Below, piece after piece: positions 21,616 through 32,895 of a stretch of 64,000 nt of DNA. The notes beneath the pieces were generated by a model. The model was not told where the DNA came from. It made no database searches and saw only the letters and a program-made list of their open reading frames with translations. Position 1 is the stretch's first letter; the number at the start of each line of letters is the position of its first letter. The position numbers and the translations under genes are program-made. Location: NCBI RefSeq assembly GCF_006345805.1, contig NC_043026.1, positions 6,324,001 to 6,388,000 on the forward strand, given 5' to 3'. The DNA comes from Octopus sinensis (Eukaryota).

Positions 21616-22060
21616 GAATAGAAATATTAAAATTACTAAGTCTCTCTAAAGGAGATTACGGCAGTGTTACTGGATATTAATAGTTATCACCATACTAATA
21701 TGGCAGTCTATAAATATAAGACTAAAGCTTTAGAGAGACTTAGTAATTTTAATATTTCTATTATTGAAAACAAGTGGATGTATTCCACTGAAATTAGGTA
21801 AATAAAATCTTCGAACAGACGGTCGGTAGCGACACCTGCTGGGTCTGACTACTCTGCATTGATAAAGGGCAACTACCCTGAAACATGTCTGCAGATGTCT
21901 GACCAGTAAGGTGAAGCGGCTGACCTCCCCTGTTCGAAGGTTATAATGGACGCAGGTTCGTGTGTCATATAGCTAGCTAGAGGCGATGGCCTCTTGGAGC
22001 TAATCAGCGACAGCTTTAGTCTTATATTTATAGACTGCCATATTAGTTTGGCGATAACTA
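21616..22060 (+). mobile_element. 445-bp non-coding insertion with 9-bp TSD, nested inverted repeats and a hammerhead motif (Penelope-like / retrozyme-like)
   Basis: TSD TTATTCTAC at 21607-21615 and 22061-22069. The host repeat is rejoined when the insert is removed (compare 33751-33830 and 34231-34290). Inverted repeats 21617-21651/21728-21762 and 21679-21729/22012-22062. Confidence 0.8.
21853..21895 (+). ncRNA. Minimal type I hammerhead ribozyme, U3-A8 variant
   Basis: TCTGCA (stem I 5') TTGATAA (core) AGGG-caacta-CCCT (stem II) GAAAC-AT-GTC (palindromic stem III and GUC site) TGCAGA (stem I 3'). Confidence 0.75.
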
Positions 22061-22547
22061 TTATTCTACTAAATTCTTCGTTATTTTCAAAAATTAATTA
22101 AAACAAAAGCAGTGGATTTTAACAGAGAAAAGGCAATGAAATGTTTAAATAGGTTTTTGCAGGGTACTGGAAATGGACAACAACACTGCTTATATAACAG
22201 TGACACTCGTTTACAACATCAAGACAAAGATACATACAAACAGACACACATGCACATAAAGTGGGCTTCGTTCAGTTTCTACCCACCAAATTAACTCACA
22301 AGGCTTTGATCAGCCTAGGCTGTAATCGAAAACACGGGCCCAGGATAAAATACAGAGGGATTGGACCTAAAAACAGTTAAGGTTGGGAAACAATATACAT
22401 ATATTGTAAAAAAAAAAAAAAAAAAGAAACCCTTCTTTGTGTTGACAAAGTGAAACTTTCAGTTTCTATAACAAAAAATACTTAACAAATACATATTATA
22501 TATATACCATCATTTTTTGTTTTTCATTTTGAGCATTTTACACAAAA

Positions 22548-22584
<37 letters not shown>

Positions 22585-22822
22585 CACACATACATATACA
22601 AACATACACACACACATATAAGTAGGTTTTGTAATACAAAGAGAACTCAAAACATAAGTGAGAGTATAAATCTATTTTCTTATTAATTGGCAGAAGCTGG
22701 AGAGTGAGTCAAAGACCAAAAATTTCATGCATCATCAAGGTTGATAAGCGCCAAAATATGAAACTCTCGGCCTTCGAGTCACTGCATAACTTCTTATCCG
22801 AGTTCCGGATGCCGAGGTGGAA

Positions 22823-22914
22823 ATCCATGCCGCCATCTCTTCAGTTATCCAGCCATCGGATTTTCATAGCATTTTTCCGATGGCCGGATAACTGAAGAGA
22901 TGGCAAGCGTGGAT
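22823..22914. other. Near-perfect hairpin, 29-bp stem and 15-nt loop
   Basis: 22832-22860 vs 22876-22904 with one mismatch (a G-U pair on the minus strand). Extends imperfectly to 22823/22914. Confidence 0.9.
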
Positions 22915-22952
22915 ATCATGGCTACCGAATAATTGTCTCATATTACATTTAT

Positions 22953-22984
<32 letters not shown>

Positions 22985-23012
<28 letters not shown>

Positions 23013-23175
23013 TCTCTCCTTGTTTTTTTCTGTGTATCTTTCTGTCAAAGAGCATAGGCTCGAAACGTAAAGGACTTGTTCTATTTCTATTCCTGAGCGC
23101 CATACAAATACATTTGTTTGTTTGTACTCCACCTGCCTTCGTCTTTTGTTTATTTTCGTAAACCTTCCCGTTTTA
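22985..23175 (+). mobile_element. Penelope-like terminal-repeat-derived element in (TA)n, with degenerate hammerhead motif
   Basis: Inverse homolog at 47970-48170, both flanked by (TA)n. Motif TCTTT-CTGTCAA-A-GAGC-ATAG-GCTC-GAAAC-GTA-AAGGA at 23037-23074. Confidence 0.55.
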
Positions 23176-23295
23176 TATATATATATATATATTTCTTTAT
23201 ATAGAATTAAGGATAAAATCACTTTAATAATTTTGTCAAGTGGCCAGTGTGAAATGAAAACCTTGTAGAATAATAATAATAATAATAATAATAAT

Positions 23296-23459
23296 AAGGG
23301 TGTGAATTGACCACACCAACATGCTAGAAATAGATGCCAAATGGCTCTGAAAACCACATCAGTACTCCATTAGCACATGGGCTAAGGGAGTACTGAGGTG
23401 CTTTTTAGAGCCATTTGGCATCTATTTCTAGCATGTTGGTGTGGTCAATCTGCACCCTT
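23296..23459. repeat. Foldback inverted repeat, about 80-bp arms, 6-nt loop
   Basis: Perfect 43-bp match between 23306-23348 and the reverse complement of 23407-23449, plus imperfect inner and outer extensions. Confidence 0.92.
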
Positions 23460-23481
23460 TAATATAATTATATATATAATT

Positions 23482-23512
<31 letters not shown>

Positions 23513-25089
23513 TACATATGTAAGCATGTGTGTGCATGTGTGTATGTACGAATACAAAAAGAAGAAGGAAAAAGTCAGAGAACTCACTGTCCAAATGTAA
23601 AAGACACTCTCTCTGCCAGGAAGTGAATCCCTACCAAACCACTGATGACACAAGTCTTAGTGTCACACAACAACAGTGACCTGATCTGGAATAGCAGAGA
23701 CAGAGAGAGGGGGAAGTGGGGAGGTCATTATTAAGGATTTATTACATAGAAACACAAATATTGATATAAACATGTAGGCAATACCAACAAGGAAGACACG
23801 CATTAATTGCATTGCATTTACACGCATACAAAAACAGGGTAATACAAAAGGAATGGTACAAAAAATAAGATTTTGTCTATTCAAGCACTCAATACTCTTC
23901 CTCTCTTGCTGAAGCTGTCATCTCGAATAACAGCACCTCTTTTGAGCAATTTGGAAAAGGCAAGGCCATCAGCGTTGCCAAACAGAACTTGCAGAGGTTA
24001 CCTTTCTTGTTACATCTAGATTTTTTCATGCCAGTGCCGCCCCAACAGGCCTCGTGCCGGTGGCACGTAAAAAGCACCATCCGTTCGTGGCCATTGCCAG
24101 CCTCGCATGGCCCGCGTGCCGGTGGCACATAAAATGCACCCACTACACTCACGGAGTGGTTGGCGTTAGGAAGGGCATCCAGCCATAGAAACACTGCCAG
24201 ACCCCAGTTGAATCGTCCAACCCATGCTAGCATGGAGAGTGGAGGCTAAACGATGATGATGATGATGATTCATTACAATAGTCACATGCTGGGGCACTGC
24301 CTTAATGGATCTTTAGTCAAATGAATCAATCTCAGTACTTATTTTCATTCTCATACTTTGGTTAAGCCTGGTGCTTATTTTATCGATCTCTTTTGGCAAA
24401 CCAGTAAGTTATAGGAACATAAACACACCAACACCAGTTGTCAAGCAGTAGAGGGAGACAAATACCTGATCTCTCTCTCTCTCTCACACTCAAACACACA
24501 CATATATACAATGGGCTTCTTTCAGTTTCTGTCTACCAAATTCACTCACAAGGCTTTGGTTGACCCAAGGTTATAGCAGAAGACACTTGCCCAAGGTGCC
24601 ACACAGTGGGACTGAACCCAGAACCATGTGGTTGGAAATCAAACTTCTTACCACACAGCCACTCCTATATGTATATATATATATACATAGATAGCTATCC
24701 ATGTGCACATACACACACACTATTTAGAATGGTTATGTACAGTTTTTAAAGCATATATATATGCAATATTTAAACCAGTGATTTTCAACCAGGGTCCTTA
24801 TGACCTTTAAGGGTCCAAATAAAGTTTTGTTGTTAAAATCTATCTACAATAAATTGGTTATAATTCTACAAAATGTTTTAATTTTTTTTTCATATAGGCA
24901 TGGTAAGACGTTAAACTTCCCAAACACATGGCTCCAAAGTCTTGTACTATAGCCTCAGGCCAACCAGAGCCCCATGATGGGACTTGGTAGACAGAAACTG
25001 AAAGGAGTTAAGTCAGTCAGTCACATGTGCGTGCGTGTGTGCACATGTGCACAACAGAGCCCCGAGCAAGCACAGAAAGTGCACATTAA

Positions 25090-25569
25090 CCCTTTAGGTT
25101 TCAGGTTACCCTGTCAAATGTAAACCTCATTTATTGACATTGTTTTCAATTAATCACAATTTTATCTCATAGCTTTGAGATTTTGATGATTGTTTATTTT
25201 TAGAATGACATTGTAGGGTAGGTGTGAGAGGCTGGATCTGGCCAGTTTGGACATAAAACAAGTTGAAAATTTGGAACCCTGAATGTTAGAGGGTTAAAGA
25301 GAGTAGGGAGTTTACTGAGGGGAGATTTGGCTGTTACATTGTGTAGGGTCAAGTGACTACATAGAAGCTCCCTCATTGGTTCACGTGGTCCCTATTTTAA
25401 CCCTTTAACAATCAGATTATTCTGTATAAAGTAATGCTTATTTATTCACATTGTTTACAATTAATCCTGGATTATCTCACAGCTCTCAATGATATGATTG
25501 CATGTTTTTGGAATGACATTGTAGGGCAGGTGTGAGAGGCCAGATTTGGCTGGTTTAATTGCTAAAGGG
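25090..25569. mobile_element. Two piggyBac-like MITE (F) copies separated by a 100-bp spacer
   Basis: TTAA at 25086, 25294 and 25397. The spacer equals the reverse complement of the 52-53 kb spacers. Confidence 0.8.
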
Positions 25570-25647
25570 CTAAGTCTGGTGCTCATTCCATTGGTCTCCT
25601 TTTGCTGAACTGCTAAGTCACAGGAATGTAAAAAAACCAACACCAAT

Positions 25648-26045
25648 AGGCGCAGGAGTGGCTGTGTGGTAAGTAGCTTGCTAACCAACCACATGGTTGC
25701 GGGTTCAGTCCCACTGCGTGGCATCTTGGGCAAGTGTATTCTACTATAGCCTTGGGCCGACCAAAGCCTTGTGAGTGGATTTGGTAGACAGAAACTGAAA
25801 GCCTGTCGTATATATGTATATATGTGTGTGTATGCGTTTGTGTGTCTGTGTTTGTCCCCCTAGCATTGCTTGACAACCGATGCTGGTGTGTTTACGTTCC
25901 CGTCACGTAGCGGTTCGGCAAAAGAGACCGATAGAATAAGTACTGGGCTTACAAAAGAATAAGTCCTGGGGTCGATTTGCTCGACTAAAGGCGGTGCTCC
26001 AGCATGGCCGCAGTCAAATGACTGAAACGAGTAAAAGAGTAAAGA
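25648..26045 (+). mobile_element. SINE family A, young full-length copy
   Basis: Starts GGCGCAGGAGTGGCTGTGTGG, ends GAAACGAGTAAAAGAGT. Confidence 0.9.
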
Positions 26046-26277
26046 GTAAATGGTGGTAGGGGACAAACACGCATCGATGTATCCTTTGTTTCCTTTTACT
26101 TGTTTCAGTTGTTTGACTGCAGCCATGCTGGGGGCCGTTGGCCAGCTCCCTTGGCCAGCAGGATGGCATCATTCAAAAGCTAAAACGAAGTGAAGTACAT
26201 TGTGACCAGCGATGTATAACCACATCTAATAGTCTGGTCAACACTGATGCCATCATATAACAAAACAGAAAGTTAAG

Positions 26278-26510
26278 GCGGCGAGCTGGCAGAAATGTTA
26301 GCACGCCGGGCAGAATACCTAGCAGTATTTCGTCTGTCTCTACATTCTGAGTTCAAATTCCACCGAGGTCGATTTTGCCTTTCATCCTTTCGGGGTCGAT
26401 TAAATAAGTACCAGTTACGCACTGGCGGTTGATATAATCAACTTAATCCGTTTGTCTGTCCTTGTTCGTCCCCTCTGTGTGTAGCCCCTTGTAGGCAGTA
26501 AAGAAATAAG
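26278..26510 (+). mobile_element. SINE family B, full-length monomer
   Basis: GGCGAGCTGGCAGAA...GAGTTCAAATTCC (B box-like)...GCCTTTCATCCTTTCGGGGTCGATTAAATAAGTACCAG...GTAAAGAAATA. The central domain resembles a conserved SINE central domain (Meta-like; not verified). Confidence 0.85.
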
Positions 26511-26949
26511 AAAGTTTTGATATTATCTGATTCAGTCTGAAGAATTACTGATAGGAAATTTCTTACATGTTTATCCAACATGTACAATTTTTGTAGTTCC
26601 TATTAGCAAATGAAACATGTGTAATGGTGAATAAATGCAAAAACAATTTTCTAACTTCTTGTTTTGTTATAGCAATATTTCGACAACTTTTGCTACTAAT
26701 GTATACCTTACATAAATATAACAACAACCACATACTGGATAGTTATACAGGACATCGTCAACTTACGACCAATCAACTTCACGATGATTGGCGTGCCAGC
26801 CCCCCCCCCCCCGTAGCAATAACAAATAGTCCAGTTGAAATCTAATGGGTTTAATTTTTTAGAAATTAATCCGTCTATGGTGGGTGGACAAACACAGACA
26901 CCCGGAGCCTTGTAGCTAGAAACAAGCTTATATATATATATATATACAT

Positions 26950-26994
<45 letters not shown>

Positions 26995-26998
<4 letters not shown>

Positions 26999-27395
26999 CG
27001 TAGGAGTGGTTATGTGGTAAGTAGCTTGCTTACCAACCACATGGTTCTGGGTTTCAGTCCCACTGCGTGGTACCTTGGGCAAGTGTCTTCTACTATAGCC
27101 TCAGGCTGACCAAAGCCTTGTGTGTGGATTTGGTAGATGGAAACTGAAAGAAGCCTGTCATATATGTGTGTGTATATATATGTGTGTGTGTCTGTGTTTG
27201 TGCCCCCCAACATCGCTTGACAACCGATGCTGGTGTGTTTACATCCCTGTAACTTAGCAGTTCGGCAAAACAGACCAATAGAATGAGTACTAGGCTTCCA
27301 AAGAATAAGTCCTGGGGTCGATTTGCTCAACTGAAGGCGGTGCTCCAGCATGGCCGCCGTCAAATGACTGAAGCAAGTAAAAGAATAAAAGAATA
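26995..27395 (+). mobile_element. SINE family A copy
   Basis: Full consensus, more diverged subfamily. Confidence 0.85.
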
Positions 27396-28099
27396 TATTC
27401 GGCGGGCTTCTTCAGTTTCCGTCAACCAACTCCACTTGCCCAAGGTGTCACACAGTAGGACACACATCCATGACTATCACCTTGAGCAAGTGTCTTTCTT
27501 TTGAAAACAACCGGAGCGGAATGAGGGAGGAAAAGAGCCAAAACAAAGGACGAGTAAGAACACCTGTGTAAGAAGACTTCAAAGATATTGGGGTACAATG
27601 GAGGAGGAGGAGGAGTGAGGTTTGGTAGATGACTGGGAGAGAGAGGGGGATGGAGGGAAAGTGAGAGTAAGAGCGGGGAGGAAACAAAGACAGGAGATGT
27701 GTTGAATCAAAGCAGAAGGAAGTCACGGAGGGGGAAGGAGGTGTGAGTGCGAGTGAAAGTGAAGGTGGACTGAAGTGAGTGAGAGTGTGAGAACGTGTGT
27801 GTGTACGTAAGCGTGTGCGGATGTATGTAAGTGTATGTGCGACAATGTGTGTCAAGAGAACGTGTATATGAGTGTATGTGTGTGTGTATATGTGAAAGAT
27901 TGTACGTGTGTATGTAAAATTTCGAGTGTGTGTGAAAAGGGAAAGGGTGTGGGTACTACATGAGAACAGTCCCGGGGGTCGAGTTGCTCGACTAAAAGGC
28001 GGTGCTCCAGCATGGCCGCAGTCAAATGACTGAAACAAGTAAAAGAGTAAAAGCGAGAGAGAGAGAGAGAGAGAGAGAGTATGTGTAAAATTCCGCGAG

Positions 28100-29350
28100 T
28101 GTGTGTGTGTGTGTGTTTCGTTTAATAGGTGTGTGTACCTGGAAGACCGCCGTGAGTGCAGGCGAAACACTAAAATACGAAGCGGAAGGCTGTGTGTGTG
28201 TCTGTGAAATGTGAAGAAGTTCCATGAGTCACCACATACAGAGGGTTAAGTGTCTTGAGAGAGAGAGAGAGAGAGAGAGAGTGCGCGCGCGGTGGAGTGT
28301 GAGTGAGTGTGTTCGAGAGGAGGAAGGGGTTGGTTGTAGCTGTGTTGTAGCCATTGGAGACGAGACCACCTCGCCAAAATCTCTTCCTATCACTCAAGCC
28401 CTTCCTTCCCCGCCCTCCCCCCACGATGCCCCCCCCCCACCCGCCTTCGTTTTTTCTTCCAATTTGCAAAGAAGCCAAATAAATAAAAATAAAAAATCAC
28501 AAACACACACCAAAGTCTTGAATTAAGACCAAAAAAAAACCAAGGCACATTAAATTAATGTAGTCCTAGATACACCTAAATCACAGATCTAAACCACGCA
28601 CACACACACACACACACACAGACAGACACAAGCGCACGCGCAGGCATGATGGTCACGGCGAGAACCTGCAAAAAAAAAAAAAACTACTACTCGTCCCCCC
28701 CCACCTCGTCTCCATCTCCACCACCTCCACCGCCTTCGCCGCCGCTGCAGTAATGAAGCCGACCTCATCACAATAACGCTATGCCTCCTCCTCCTTCTAC
28801 CACCACAGCCTCTTGCCTCCTCCTCCCACTACTATCGGCTTCAGCTCATCTTTCAACCACTGCTGTCTTCTGCCTCTTCCTACCACCACAACCACCACCA
28901 CCACCACCATACTAACCCCCGCCCCGTCTTCCTCTCGCGTTCACTATGTTATTCCCCCTTCCTTCAGTCAACAATGCCAACCTCTCACTCTTCCCCCTCT
29001 AGTAAGCCAAAATAAGAGAGGGGAAAAAGAGAGAGAAAGAGAGAGAGAAAGTAATATAGCAGCAGCAGCAGCGAAGGTTGGCAGAGGTGAGGTTCATTGG
29101 AAGGGGAGGAGAGAAAAAGAGACAGAGCGAGGGAGAGAGGGGGGTGGAAGTAAAAGTCATGCAGGCAGACAGACATACAGACCGATGGGAGACACACACA
29201 ACAGGGAACCAATCAGAGAGCGGCGAAAGAGGATCGTAAACCGGACCTGCTAGAAATGGCAGCCGCCGGATCACGGCACACAAGAAATGCATTCGAGAAT
29301 ATCTGGGTCAGAAAGTGTGAGTGGTGGTGGTGGGGTGGGGCAGCGAGTAA
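28100..29350. promoter_or_regulatory. CpG-enriched unique island, candidate (bidirectional) promoter
   Basis: CpG density visibly above surroundings, SINE-free. CCAAT at about 29209, AAATGGC at 29254, followed by a plus-strand ATG-donor unit. Lies upstream of the zinc-finger gene's first acceptor. Confidence 0.45.
29256..29316 (+). CDS. Candidate first coding exon MAAAGSRHTRNAFENIWVRK (unidentified gene)
   Basis: gaaATGG context, donor T|gtgagt at 29317. No family recognised and no convincing downstream exon. Confidence 0.3.
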
Positions 29351-29574
29351 CAACAAGACTGTGGTGGGCTGGGGGGTGAGAACGGTTTCTCAGCGTTCAA
29401 GCCTTTATCATATACATGGACCAGCCAGTTCTCCTGCGGGGACTAGACAACCAAGAGGCACTGACGTTATAGCCTGGGGAACATGGATTCGTACCAACCC
29501 CTCACAAGGACCTAACCGCATTCGGCAAGGATGGATACATTAGATAATGTAGTCCCAGATACACTCTCTCTCTC

Positions 29575-29952
29575 TTTTACTCTTTTACTTGTTTCAGTCA
29601 TTTGACTGTGGCCATGCTGGAGCACCGCTTTTAGTCGAGCAAATCGACCCCGGGACTTATTCTTTGTAAGCCCAGTACTTATTCTATCGGTCTCTTTTGC
29701 AGAACCGCTAAGTGACGGGGACGTAAACACACCAGCATCGGTTGTCAAGCAATGCTAGGGGGACAAACACAGACACACGAACACACACACATATATACGA
29801 CAGGCTTCTTTCAGTTTCCGTCTACCAAATCCATTCACAAGGCATTGGTCGGCCCGGGGCTATAGCAGCAGACACTTGCCCAAGGTGCCACGCAGTGGGA
29901 TTGAACCCGGAACCATGTGGTTGGTTAGCAAGCTACTTACCACACAGCCACT
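29575..29952 (-). mobile_element. SINE family A, young full-length copy
   Basis: Matches the consensus. Confidence 0.9.
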
Positions 29953-30576
29953 GTGTCTAATTAAAAGATAGGATGGGATGATCAACGCTGGAAGACCTTT
30001 CGTTCATAGGCTTGCTGGATCAACACTGACCGAGGGTTAAACACCAACAAGGAAGGACACAAATAATTTTTTTTATTGCCCACTGGGGGCTAAACACAGA
30101 GGGGACAAACAAGGACAAAGGGATTAAGTCGATTATATCGACCCCAGTGCATAACTGGTACTTAATTTATCGACCCCAAAAGGATGAAAAGGCAAAGTCG
30201 ACCTCAGTGGAATTCTCCTTCCATACATGCACAGGTAGGATGGTTGACAGGAGGCAGCCAGGTAGAAAACTACCCTAGGTCACTGAGTCTGTTTTGGCAG
30301 GGTTTTTACGGCTGGATGCCCTTCCTAACACCAACCACTCCGCAGAGTGGACTCGGTGCTTTTTATGTGGTCCTAGCACAAGTGAGGTGAGTTTTGGCCC
30401 TTCCAAATGCCAACCACCATACAGTGTGGACTGGATGCTTTTTACGTGGCACCAGCACTGGTAGGCTCACCGAGTAACTTGCAAGACAAGGAAATCATGA
30501 GAGGGGCAGAGGCATTTGAGGAGGGGAACGTGTGTCACAGGATGAAAGGTTACAGCGTGCCAGAGAGTCAGAAATA

Positions 30577-30995
30577 GGCGGCGAGCTGGCAGAAACGTTA
30601 GTACGCCGGGTGAAATACTTAGCCGTATTTCGCCTGCCATTACGTACAGAGTTCAAATTCCACCGAGGTCGACTTTGTCTTCCATCCTTTCAGGGTCGAT
30701 TAAATAAGTACCAGTTACGCACTGGGGTCGATATAATCGTCTTAATACGTTTGTCTGTCCTTGTTTGTCCTTTCTGTGTTTAGCCCCTTGTGGGTAGCAA
30801 AGAAATAGGTATTTTGTCTGCTGTTATGTTCTGAGTTCAAATTCCACCAAGGTCGATTTTGCCTTTCATCCTTTTGATGTCAATAAATTAAGTACCAGTT
30901 GTGCACTGGGGGTCGATGTAATCGACTTAATCCCTTTGTCTGTCTTTGTTTATCCTCTCTATGTTTAGCCCCTTGTGGGCAATAAAGAAATAAGA
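30577..30995 (+). mobile_element. SINE family B head-to-tail dimer
   Basis: Junction AAAGAAATAG|GTATTT at about 30808, the same junction as in the 10-kb trimer. Confidence 0.85.
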
Positions 30996-31150
30996 AACAG
31001 GTGTTTTGCTATAGAGGAGGTACATGGGGAGAGAGGGAGAGAGAAAGAGAAGGAGAAGAGAAAGGAGAGAGAGAGAGGTACAAGAGAAAGCACAGAAACA
31101 GGTGTGCCGATGTAAAGGAGATATTTGATGACTGAGTCAGAGGGAAAACG

Positions 31151-31181
<31 letters not shown>

Positions 31182-31535
31182 TAAAAGCAAAAAGTATTGT
31201 GGATTTCCAATTTACTATTTTGTTGCAAGGACCCCAAAAATCTTATATGGACCCTCGGGGCCCATAATGGACTCTGGTTGAGAACCACTCATCTAGACTG
31301 ATGTATCATGTGACGTCTGGCTGCTGATTGGCCGACAACTCAGCCTCTCACATGAACAATCCATTGTTGTGTCATGACAAGTCTCACTACACCACCATTG
31401 TTCCCCAAGTGGCAACATAGGATACGAGTGACATACAAACTCTGTTCTCTGGGAGTGAACAAGGACACTTAGACCATACAACTATTTGTTTCGGCCGAGC
31501 ATCTGGTCCATTGCCTGTGCTGGTGTCGCATTTAA

Positions 31536-31754
31536 CCCTTTAGTGTTCATATTATTCTATCAAACATAATGCCTATTGATTCCCATTGATTTGAATTAAT
31601 CATGCATTATCTCATATCTTCAAGATCTTGATGGTGTAATTACTTAATGTAGAATAACATTGTAGGGTAGGTGTGAGAGCCTGGATCTGGTCAGTTTGAA
31701 CATAAAACAGATTAACTATTTTGGCCGGATATGGCCGGTTTAAATACTAAAGGG
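31536..31754. mobile_element. piggyBac-like MITE (F), clean solo copy
   Basis: TTAA (31532-31535) CCCTTTAGTGTT ... AATACTAAAGGG TTAA (31755-31758). Confidence 0.85.
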
Positions 31755-32214
31755 TTAAACCTCCTTCCCCAAAACACTCTGTAGAATGGTTGGAATTTGG
31801 AAGGGCACCCAGCGATAGTAACCATGCCAAAACAGACAACAGGAGCTTAGTGCAGCTCTCCAGCCATGCCAACTCCTGTCAAACAATCCAACCTGTACCA
31901 ACCATGGAAAACAGACATATGATGGTGGTGATGATGATGATGATAATGAGGAAAGTGGACTTCCCAACCACGACCACCACCACTGCCCCCCTCTTGGTTC
32001 AATAACCTCTCATCTGTTATCTTTCCCTCGTTCCAGTCACTGGACTGCAGCCGTGTTGGGGCACCACTTCCAAAGGTTTTAGCCAAACAAATTCAGAGTA
32101 TATAATTTTTTGAAGCCTGGTACTTAATCTGTTGGTCTCCCATTTGCTGAACCGCTAAGTTAAGGTGACGTAAAACAAACCACCACCATCCAGAGAGGGA
32201 TTGCTCAGTCCCTA

Positions 32215-32620
32215 AAACATCGAGCAAAGAATATAGTAGCGATCCTGATACACACCACAAAGAAATGATCAAGCTCAGTAACAATCTATTAAGCAACAAC
32301 TACCCCCACCCAAAACATACTATCCACTCCAATTAGAAAGAGGAGGGAGGATGAGGCCAATAAACTGTCCACAGTCTGTCTACCCTATGTGAAAGGCCTC
32401 TCGGAAAAAGTACAAAAGATATGTGGCCCATATGACATCAGGATGGTATTCAAGAGTAATACAACACTTCACAAATATCTCCTTCGAGTAAAACCATCAA
32501 TAGAAGAGAATATGACCAAAAGACTGCGTGTACTCCATCCCATGCAGATGTGGGAGGTTATACAAAGGTGAAACATGCTGCCCCCTGAAAATAAGGGTGG
32601 AGGAACATAAAAAAAAAATT
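32215..32620 (+). pseudogene. Penelope-like element fragment (RT C-terminus plus GIY-YIG endonuclease start), frameshifted
   Basis: Reads HRAKN..SDP...LLSNNYP...VCLPYVKGLSEKVQKICGPYDIRMVFKSNTTL... then, in shifted frame, CVYSIPCRCGRLYKGET..PLKIRVEEH, the PLE VY.IPC..C...YIGET...L..R..EH motif. Confidence 0.85.
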
Positions 32621-32744
32621 CAAACCATCTAACCTTCCTGTGTAGATGTAGAAATCACCACCACCAGCTGCCAAGTGGTAGTAAAGAACATATATATATG
32701 TAGGTATGTATGCTTCAACTTGTCAATGAAATCCATCTGCCGAG

Positions 32745-32895
32745 AGAGGGACAAATCCTGCCGAGAGTGGGACAATTCCTGCCGAGAGAGGGACAATTCC
32801 TGCCGAGAGAGGGACAATTCCTGCCAAGAGAGGGACAATTCCTGTCGAGAGTGGGACAATTCCTGCCGAGAGAGGGACAATTCCTGCCGAGAGAG
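32745..32895. repeat. 21-bp minisatellite (AGAGGGACAATTCCTGCCGAG), about 7 copies
   Basis: Direct reading. Same unit as 34626-35070. Confidence 0.95.

Noticed and set aside
23885-24020. Plus-strand reading SSLAEAVISNNSTSFEQFGKGKAISVAKQNLQRL, faintly like a transposon-associated nuclease motif
   Set aside because: Too short and degenerate to support without a profile search, and splice sites are unconvincing.
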